DNA of 64,000 nucleotides from an uncultured Pseudomonadota bacterium (GTDB lineage Bacteria; Pseudomonadota; Alphaproteobacteria; RF32; CAG-239): NCBI GenBank assembly GCA_949292335.1, contig CASEYY010000021.1, positions 2,455 to 66,454 of the forward strand, read 5' to 3'. Shown piece by piece: positions 57,278 to 64,000 of this stretch (position 1 is its first letter; each line of letters starts with the position of its first letter). The notes under the pieces were generated by a model. It saw only the letters and a program-made list of their open reading frames with translations, ran no database searches and was not told where the DNA came from. The position numbers and the translations under genes were made by a program.

Positions 57278-58894
57278 ATGGATTTCAAAGACTATCAAAA
57301 ACAAGTGATCGACGAATATGGTTATTCCACTCCCAAATACTGCGATGTTTTGGGACTTAGACTACCAATTCCGGTAAAGTATAAAGGCAATAGAGATATA
57401 TTTGTTGATGATTTATTACATTTTATGGATAGTCGTCATAAAAGATATGACGATTACAATGCCAAACACCCCGAAAATCCTTGCTACCCTAGAGAAATTA
57501 AGTCTGGAAATGTGTATATAATACCGTCTTTGGAGCAGACTCAAAAGGGGTTTTCTGATGAAGCTATTATAAATAATACCAAAGACAGCATTAAGATTGT
57601 TTATTCCAAGGCTGTAAAAAAAGCATTACGGGCAAGAAAAGAACATCCCGACAAGAGATTTGCCATAAGCATGAATAAAGCCTATTTATCAAAACTTGAT
57701 AAACTGCATTATCTTCATTGTTTGAAAGAAACTTCTAAAGCAATCGGGAAAGGAGTTAAATTCACCGCCGAACAAACAGCACATGTTTTGAGCGGAGCTT
57801 TAGGAGCTCTGCCGGCAGCGACATATTATCTGCTTAATAAAAAATATCATTTTGCTAAAAATCGAGCTCACGAATTTATACAAGATACGGCAATGCCCTA
57901 CATTCGCAAAGGAGCTCTTAAGGCTCTTATCGCAGCTTCGACCTTAGGAGCTGTCAAAGTAACTCCGCGTATTGCCGAAGCTTCAAAAATAATGAAGGCA
58001 CAAAAAGAAGCCATTGCACAAGAAAAACAAGAAATGCAGAAATTTTTTGCCGAACGCGAAACTCAAAATCAAGCCTATTTCAACAATTACAGCACCGCCA
58101 AAGAGCACGAAAAAGAAATAGTGTGTCTGATTGCTGCTTTTGAGAGTTATAGAAGTACTGCTTATAAGTGTCAAGCCGGAGAGCTGACCATCGGTTACGG
58201 TTCCAGACGCTATGCCGACGGCCGCAAAGTTAAAGAAGGTGATACAACCACAAAAGAAAAAGCATATGAAGATGTTGTTGCCCATTTGGAAAAATATGTA
58301 TATCCGCAATTTGAACATATAAATTGCGATCTTTCTCCGAGTGAAATTGCTGCGGTTTGTATGTTTGTATACAATACTGATGAGGGAAATGCCAAAAATA
58401 CCGAATTTTTCAAACAGGTTAATTCCCAAGCTTCCGTTGAAAAGATCAGAGAAGCATTATCTTTATATCGCAGTGTAGGAGGCGAACGCAGTTATGGCCT
58501 GATTGACCGTCATGGTTTTGAAGGTTTGGTTTTTTCCGAGGATATACCCTATCTCCTTACACTAAAGAGGAGTATCGTCGGTAGTCCGGATATGAAATAT
58601 TATGAAGGGGGAAGGGATCCCGTGGAAAATCCGGACGGAACTTTCAAAACGCTTTCATCAACAGATGTAAAAGCCAAAGCCGATAAGTTTACAGCCTCAT
58701 CGATAGAAGATAGCCTTTTAGGTCAAATGCCTGAAACAACAAGAAATAACCTAATTGAAAAATATGGTATTAAAGTTGTCAAAGGTAAATTAACAGCGAC
58801 CAAAAACTTGGGCAACCACAACCAAGCCCAAGCCAATAAGACGATAACTTTTTATCAAGCTATGAAAATGGCTTCAAACAAAGCCAAAGGTTAA
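57278..58894 (+). CDS. 538-aa protein with a central/C-terminal GH24 (phage-type lysozyme) domain
   Basis: IAAFESYRSTAYKCQAGELTIGYGSR...SPSEIAAVCMFVYN fits the GH24 pattern E-x8-(D)-x5-T IGYG. The N-terminal 270 aa are unassigned, with two hydrophobic segments. AAGGA RBS. Confidence 0.7.
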   Translation: MDFKDYQKQVIDEYGYSTPKYCDVLGLRLPIPVKYKGNRDIFVDDLLHFMDSRHKRYDDYNAKHPENPCYPREIKSGNVYIIPSLEQTQKGFSDEAIINNTKDSIKIVYSKAVKKALRARKEHPDKRFAISMNKAYLSKLDKLHYLHCLKETSKAIGKGVKFTAEQTAHVLSGALGALPAATYYLLNKKYHFAKNRAHEFIQDTAMPYIRKGALKALIAASTLGAVKVTPRIAEASKIMKAQKEAIAQEKQEMQKFFAERETQNQAYFNNYSTAKEHEKEIVCLIAAFESYRSTAYKCQAGELTIGYGSRRYADGRKVKEGDTTTKEKAYEDVVAHLEKYVYPQFEHINCDLSPSEIAAVCMFVYNTDEGNAKNTEFFKQVNSQASVEKIREALSLYRSVGGERSYGLIDRHGFEGLVFSEDIPYLLTLKRSIVGSPDMKYYEGGRDPVENPDGTFKTLSSTDVKAKADKFTASSIEDSLLGQMPETTRNNLIEKYGIKVVKGKLTATKNLGNHNQAQANKTITFYQAMKMASNKAKG

Positions 58895-59568
58895 TTCTTT
58901 TTAGGATGCCAATGGTTAAACAGATATAATGCCATTAAAATCAGATAAAGTCCGCCCATAATCCAAAAAGTCCAATACTTGATTTGCTTATCGCTCCATT
59001 CTTTACCAATGGAGTTAACATTAAGTGCACTTCCTTCCACCTTAAATTTGGCATTGGGATTTTCGTGCAGGATTGAAGCTCCGATTTGATAATCGGAATT
59101 AAGAAAATCAAATTCGATTACCAAATCGCCGTCGGCAGTTACAAGGTTTGAGGTTATATCGGGAGTTGTTATGGTTTTATCTAAAGTATAATGTACCATT
59201 TTTGCGTCTTGAGGGATAACAATTCTTATCGGGTTGTGACCTATTTTTGAGACATCTTTCCCCGACAAAGCGGAAGCCCCTTTATTTTGCAGGGTAACGC
59301 GGGTTTGGTATAGATCTTTATATTCTTTGCCGTGAACGGTAACTTTATAATCATTTTCATTTAACGAAGATATAAACGGCATGGTTTCGGTATCATATTT
59401 CAAAATCGGGCGATTGATATAAAACTGATACCAGCCGATAACAATGGCCGAAACTGCCAAAAGAAAAGCACCAGTTTTGCTAATCCAAAACTCCCATATT
59501 GCCGTTATTAATTTTTTTAGGTTCGTGTTATTGCGTTTAAATAGTTTAAATTTGTTTTGATTTGACAT
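58891..59568 (-). CDS. hypothetical bitopic membrane protein, 225 aa
   Basis: TM helices near both termini flank a beta-rich domain. Convergent with the lysozyme-domain gene, 4-nt overlap. Confidence 0.55.
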   Translation of the reverse strand: MSNQNKFKLFKRNNTNLKKLITAIWEFWISKTGAFLLAVSAIVIGWYQFYINRPILKYDTETMPFISSLNENDYKVTVHGKEYKDLYQTRVTLQNKGASALSGKDVSKIGHNPIRIVIPQDAKMVHYTLDKTITTPDITSNLVTADGDLVIEFDFLNSDYQIGASILHENPNAKFKVEGSALNVNSIGKEWSDKQIKYWTFWIMGGLYLILMALYLFNHWHPKKN

Positions 59569-59642
59569 ACAGACACCTCAATTTTGACCTTTCGGGATTG
59601 AGATATAGTCACTTTGGCAAAAATATAAAGAGGTTAGTCCGG

Positions 59643-61190
59643 TTATTTTAAGTATTCTTCCAATATACCGGTCGTCAACAACTGCGGTAGGATGGTATAT
59701 TTATTTGATTTTCCGTTGTAATATACATAAAGCGGAACGCCGGCTCGACCATATTTTTTGAGTCGTTTGGCAATTTTTTTATCTTGGTTGGTGAAGTCGG
59801 CTTTAAGCAAGAGGATATTTTTTTCTTTAATCAGCCGCCGCATGGTTTTAGATTGCAAGGTTGTTTTTTGATTAATCAGACAGGTAACGCACCATTTTGC
59901 CGTAAAATCAATAAATACCGGCTGTTTATTTTGCAAAGCTTCTTCCAATTTCTGAGGTGAGTATTCTTGCCATACCGGCGAAGATTTAGCCTGCCACCAC
60001 CCAAGCTGTGCCGACAACACCCAAGCTAACCAAATCGCGGTCAGAGCCAGCGGGATTGCCAGAATTTTTTTCAAAACCAACATCCATTTTCCTGGTTTGG
60101 GCAGAATTTTTTTCATTACTTTCGGATACCAAGCCAACAAAGCAAAGGGCAGGGCGTAGCCTATACCCAAAGCCACAAAGACCGGAAAATATATTTCCCC
60201 CGAAGAAATCAAAGCCAACCCGACGGCTGTTCCCATAAACGGTGCACTGCAAGGAGTGGCGATTAATACTGCCAATAATCCGGTCATAAAGGCGTTGAGT
60301 TTGTGGTTTTTGAAGCTCAAGACGGCCAGTTTATTGAATGCACCGCCGTTTATATTGATGACATCGGCCATCATAAGGGTAAGGAATATAAACAATATAA
60401 GCATAAATCCGACAAACCATGGTGATTGCAGTTGGAAGCCCCAGATTGCCGCATTATTAAAGTTTCTGATAACAAACAAAGCCGAAGCAATTACCAGCAT
60501 GGAAGTAATAACGCCCAAAGAGTAGAACAGAGCTTCTTGTTTTCTGGTCGCAGCTCTCATTTGCATTAAGGAAAGTAGTTTAATACTCAAAACAGGGAAT
60601 ATGCAGGGCATTAAGTTTAATACGACACCACCTAAAAAGGCCAACGACAAAATCATCAGCCAATTTGTTGTCATCGAAGCAGTATTGGAAGATATTTCTT
60701 TTTTAGCTCCTGAAGCAAAATAATCTTCGCTTTCTGCGAGTTTTATATCGAAATTTATATTATCAAAAGGTTGGATGATGAGATTTCTTTCTTCGGGAAT
60801 ACATTCGTCTTTGCAGGCTTGCCACGATATTTTAACCGGCAATTCCGGTAGATAAGCCGGTGATTTGATTTTAGCCTTGTAGAAGATTTTTTTATCATAA
60901 CCGTCAAAAGAAAACATTTCCTGAGCAAAGTGGATTGGTTTACTGAAATTTTCTTCCATAAGCGAGGCACCGTGCGGCAACTGCCATTTAACGGTGAGCG
61001 GTCCCCCGAAAGTTTGTTCGTAAGGGGCAAAGACATGCCAGCCTTCTTTAACCGTCATCTCAATGAGCACATTCAAGCCGTTGTCGGCATCATGCTTAAC
61101 ATAAGGCACGATTTTAAGATGGCTTTCGGCAGCCAAAGCCGAAGAGGCAAAAAGGATGATAAATAAGAACCAACTTCGGATAATACGCAT
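59643..61190 (-). CDS. dsbD: thiol:disulfide interchange protein DsbD
   Basis: Signal peptide, CKDECIP in the N-domain, the CcdA-like core NLMPCIFPVL...ATPCSAPF, and the C-terminal thioredoxin motif WCVTC. Confidence 0.9.
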   Translation of the reverse strand: MRIIRSWFLFIILFASSALAAESHLKIVPYVKHDADNGLNVLIEMTVKEGWHVFAPYEQTFGGPLTVKWQLPHGASLMEENFSKPIHFAQEMFSFDGYDKKIFYKAKIKSPAYLPELPVKISWQACKDECIPEERNLIIQPFDNINFDIKLAESEDYFASGAKKEISSNTASMTTNWLMILSLAFLGGVVLNLMPCIFPVLSIKLLSLMQMRAATRKQEALFYSLGVITSMLVIASALFVIRNFNNAAIWGFQLQSPWFVGFMLILFIFLTLMMADVININGGAFNKLAVLSFKNHKLNAFMTGLLAVLIATPCSAPFMGTAVGLALISSGEIYFPVFVALGIGYALPFALLAWYPKVMKKILPKPGKWMLVLKKILAIPLALTAIWLAWVLSAQLGWWQAKSSPVWQEYSPQKLEEALQNKQPVFIDFTAKWCVTCLINQKTTLQSKTMRRLIKEKNILLLKADFTNQDKKIAKRLKKYGRAGVPLYVYYNGKSNKYTILPQLLTTGILEEYLK

Positions 61191-61879
61191 TATTTACCGT
61201 TTTTTTGTTGAATAACCAATTTATAGTAAGCCGAAGAAATAATTACCAAAGCTTTGATTAAGCACCAGCAACCCAAAGCAATCGATATCGGTAAAAAGGC
61301 AAAAGGCATCAGGCATAAAAGGATGAAAGCGGCAATGGTTTCAAAACCTTGGGCGATTCCTCCGAGATAAAACGGCGATTCCGACAAATCTTTAGCTTTT
61401 TTATCATCGGCATAAGCCACGATACCATATGTCAGCATAGCCGAGGCCGAAGCGGTAAAGCCAAATAAGAGAAAGCAGGCCGAAATGGCATTTTCTTCTG
61501 GATTAGCCAACGCAAAGCCGAAAATAACTCCGGCATAAAAAATAAAGTCCAAAGTAGCATCGAGGAAAATACCGAATTTAGTAATGCCTTCGGCTCTGGC
61601 GACCGCTCCGTCCATCACATCGCAAAAGCGGTTGATAAGGATGCAGATTAATGCCTCGAAATATAGGTTCATTGCCAAAAAATTGACGGCAATCATACCG
61701 ACGATAAAGCCGAATATGCTGACCATATTAGCATTAACATTATTTTTTACCAGCTCTTTGCCCCAAGAGTTGATTTTCTTATTCCAGGCAGATTTTTTTT
61801 CTGCACAATTTTTGCATAAATCTGATTTTTTATAATCTTCCGCCAGTTTTTTAACTTTTTCGACGAACATTTTAATCAT
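61190..61879 (-). CDS. CDP-alcohol phosphatidyltransferase family protein
   Basis: DVMDGAVARAEGITKFGIFLDATLD fits D-x2-DG-x2-AR-x8-G-x3-D-x3-D. Confidence 0.85.
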   Translation of the reverse strand: MIKMFVEKVKKLAEDYKKSDLCKNCAEKKSAWNKKINSWGKELVKNNVNANMVSIFGFIVGMIAVNFLAMNLYFEALICILINRFCDVMDGAVARAEGITKFGIFLDATLDFIFYAGVIFGFALANPEENAISACFLLFGFTASASAMLTYGIVAYADDKKAKDLSESPFYLGGIAQGFETIAAFILLCLMPFAFLPISIALGCWCLIKALVIISSAYYKLVIQQKNGK

Positions 61880-61984
61880 AACACTTTTCCTTGTTCAATT
61901 AGGTTGTTGACAGCAACTGCCGATAAATATAAAACAGTTTTTATGATTTGTAAAAAACAACTTCAAAATTATACAAGGATAAGT

Positions 61985-62989
61985 ATGCGTCTTTTGCGAT
62001 ATCTGGCATTTATTGCGGTTTTTAGCGGGATAATAGCTGTTTTATATAATTATTCGTCGCCGTATCAAATAATGGAAGGTAAAATTTTCGGCACTTATTA
62101 TAAGGTAAAAATTTTATCGGATTTAAGGGATGATAATCTATCGAGCAAAATCAAGAAAGTGCTGGCAGATGTCAACTCGCAGATGTCGGTTTTTGAAGAA
62201 AAAAGCGAGTTATCGCAAATAAACCGAGCACCGGCGGGTAAAAAGGTGAGTATATCTCCGGAATTAGGCAAGGTAATGCAAGCGGCAGCCCAAGTTTATC
62301 AAGAATCCGGCGGAGCTTTTGATGTTTCGCTCGGCAAATTAATAGATTTGTGGGGATTCGGAGCCGGAAAACACCAAAATCCCGATACCAAAGAAATAAA
62401 CGAAGCACTAAAGGTTTCCGGTTTTAATAAAATAGAGTTTGCCCAAGACTATTCATGGTTAAAAAAAGAAAATGCCGCCGTTATGATAAATCTTTCGGCC
62501 ATAGCCAAGGGATATGGGGTTGATAAAGTGGCAGAGCTTTTGGATAGAGAAGGTTATGAGAATTATGTAATAGAAATCGGCGGTGAGGTGAGAGCCAAAG
62601 GTCACCGCAATAGTAGAGGCGAGCCTTGGAATATTGGCATAAATCGGCCGGCAAGTAATAAAAGAGATAATATCATGGTAATTTCTTTGAGTAATGTGTC
62701 GGTAGCGACCTCCGGCAATTACCGCAATTTTTATTATGAGAATGGCCAAAAAATAGCTCACACCATCTCCTCAAAAAGCGGATATCCGGCCGAGGTTGAT
62801 ATTCTTTCCGCCAGCGTATTTCACGATTCCTGCATGTATGCCGATGCCTATGCCACGGCATTGATGGCCATGGATTTAAAAGAAGGTTTGGCCTTTGCCG
62901 ATAAATACAACATAAAGGCAATAATTTTTGATAATCAATTTAAACCGCATTATTCAACAGCGACCAGAATGGTGATTAGTAATGACTGA
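61985..62989 (+). CDS. apbE: FAD:protein FMN transferase (ApbE)
   Basis: GTYYKVKI..., VATSGNYRNF and YADAYATALMAM. Start at MRLLRY (AAGGA RBS). The ORF opens at 61904. Confidence 0.88.
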   Translation: MRLLRYLAFIAVFSGIIAVLYNYSSPYQIMEGKIFGTYYKVKILSDLRDDNLSSKIKKVLADVNSQMSVFEEKSELSQINRAPAGKKVSISPELGKVMQAAAQVYQESGGAFDVSLGKLIDLWGFGAGKHQNPDTKEINEALKVSGFNKIEFAQDYSWLKKENAAVMINLSAIAKGYGVDKVAELLDREGYENYVIEIGGEVRAKGHRNSRGEPWNIGINRPASNKRDNIMVISLSNVSVATSGNYRNFYYENGQKIAHTISSKSGYPAEVDILSASVFHDSCMYADAYATALMAMDLKEGLAFADKYNIKAIIFDNQFKPHYSTATRMVISND

Positions 62990-63392
62990 AATATCATGTG
63001 AAGCGATAGTTAAAAAAACGGATAAAGGTAAAATCGGAGTTGCCGTAAAGCAAGCGGCTTCATGCGGCAGTTGTGCGGCACAAAAATTATGTCACGGCGA
63101 AAAAGAAGAAAAAATAATCTGGATAAACAATCCGCAAGAAGATTACAAGATAGGAGAAGCTGTTTTAATATCAACAGACTATAAAAGTTGTGTGCTGTCG
63201 GTGGTATATGGCTATGTTTTGCCGTTAATTTTGTTCTTAGCCGTGGTTTTTGGGCTTCATGCGGCAGGATTCGATGAGATTATGTGCGGAATATTTGGCA
63301 TAATTATCTTGATTCCTTATTATTTTGGTTTATCCTTTGTGAGCAGAAAGATATTTTCAAACAATCAATTCAAGATAACAAAGAAACATTAA
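62982..63392 (+). CDS. RseC/MucC-family (SoxR-reducing system) membrane protein
   Basis: The N-terminal Cys motif CGSCAAQKLC is followed by two TM helices. Position immediately upstream of rnfB. Confidence 0.7.
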   Translation: MTEISCEAIVKKTDKGKIGVAVKQAASCGSCAAQKLCHGEKEEKIIWINNPQEDYKIGEAVLISTDYKSCVLSVVYGYVLPLILFLAVVFGLHAAGFDEIMCGIFGIIILIPYYFGLSFVSRKIFSNNQFKITKKH

Positions 63393-63407
63393 AGAAGGCC
63401 ATAAGCA

Positions 63408-64000
63408 ATGGATGATTCGATATTATCTAATGTATATATTTTAGGCGGAATAGCTTTTGTCGCGGCAACAGTTTTATATTTGGTATCAAAGAAATTTGCG
63501 GTCAGAACCGACGAGATGGTTATAAAAATAGCCGAAGCTTTGCCGCAAGCCAACTGCGGAGCCTGCGGTAAGGCCGGGTGTGCTGATTTTGCCACGGCCT
63601 GTGCTCGTTCTGATGAATCTTCGTTTGCCAATTTATACTGTCCGGTTGGTGGAGCGGCGGTTATGCAAAAAATTGCTTCGCTCAAAGGATATGCCGCCAC
63701 CGACCGAGCACCGAGTGTCGCGGTATTAAGATGTCAGGGAAATTGTAAAAATGCTCCGGTAAAGGTTGAATATGATGCTGTAAGTTCTTGCCGTATCGCC
63801 AATCGCATCTCTAGTGGTCAGAGTGGTTGCCCCGACGGTTGTTTGCACTTAGGCGATTGCGTAAAGGCCTGCAAATTCGGAGCTTTAACATTTAATAAAG
63901 AAACCGGAATGCCCGAAGTTGATACCAGAAAATGTGTTTCTTGCGGAGCTTGCGTTAAGGTTTGTCCTCGCGGGTTATTTGAGATAAGAAAGCAAAGTCA
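63408..64000 (+). CDS. rnfB: Rnf complex subunit B (ferredoxin-like), 5' part; continues beyond the window
   Basis: My own translation from the ATG at 63408 gives MDDSILSNVYILGGIAFVAA...CGACGKAGCADFA...CPDGCLHLGDCVKACKFGA...CVSCGACVKVCP. Confidence 0.88.
   Translation, partial: MDDSILSNVYILGGIAFVAATVLYLVSKKFAVRTDEMVIKIAEALPQANCGACGKAGCADFATACARSDESSFANLYCPVGGAAVMQKIASLKGYAATDRAPSVAVLRCQGNCKNAPVKVEYDAVSSCRIANRISSGQSGCPDGCLHLGDCVKACKFGALTFNKETGMPEVDTRKCVSCGACVKVCPRGLFEIRKQS

Overview
This is a 64-kb, visibly AT-rich, densely coding chromosomal segment from a diderm (LPS-making) bacterium. Local synteny looks alphaproteobacterium-like: lon-hup-tRNA-Val, a DUF374 acyltransferase-waaA-lpxK operon, and the Lon N-terminus. 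The ApbE/RseC/RnfB genes suggest an anaerobic lifestyle. Both the taxonomy and the lifestyle are inference only. I call about 60 protein genes and 2 tRNA genes. I saw no rRNA, CRISPR array, transposase, integrase or phage structural genes. The window divides into six blocks. (i) 1-20.5 kb is housekeeping and envelope: hisS (partial), an orphan 478-aa protein, an Asd homologue that has lost its catalytic signatures, an MscS-family channel, murD, tRNA-Thr, dut, two small beta-barrel OMPs, an ArnT/ArnC/YdjC-type trio (predicted lipid A hexosamine modification), an AKR, a FliN-like/DUF374/waaA/lpxK operon, lon and hup. (ii) 20.7-35.9 kb is tRNA-Val followed by a 13-gene polysaccharide locus (ugd, GT2 x3, WbsX x2, RgpF, GT4, FkbM, TupA-like ATP-grasp, PLP-enzyme/HAD fusion, GT8, one more GT). 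It has no initiating transferase, flippase, polymerase or ABC exporter. (iii) recG and mfd are divergent. (iv) 42.1-44.5 kb is an AT-rich islet of four orphan genes, two of them paralogous. (v) 44.7-56.9 kb is one tightly packed 13-gene minus-strand operon. It carries fabZ-accA-accD-fabK-like-fabI-accB-accC-fabH-fabF-fabD-fabG plus a GltD-like Fe-S flavoprotein and an OmpA-type lipoprotein, but no acpP. (vi) 57.3-64 kb holds a GH24 lysozyme-domain protein, a membrane protein, dsbD, a CDP-alcohol phosphatidyltransferase and apbE-rseC-rnfB (partial). The five leads I rate highest follow. First, a predicted uronic-acid amidation module (ATP-grasp + PLP-HAD fusion + Ugd). Second, a short basic terminal peptide motif shared by at least five unrelated enzymes of the polysaccharide locus. 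Third, both tRNA genes are followed by a duplicated tRNA-3'-end + terminator cassette enclosing a short insert, which is GC-rich and highly structured at tRNA-Val. Fourth, the orphan islet. Fifth, the consolidated FAS/ACC operon. All calls rest on reading the sequence and the ORF track by eye. No searches, folding or statistics were run.
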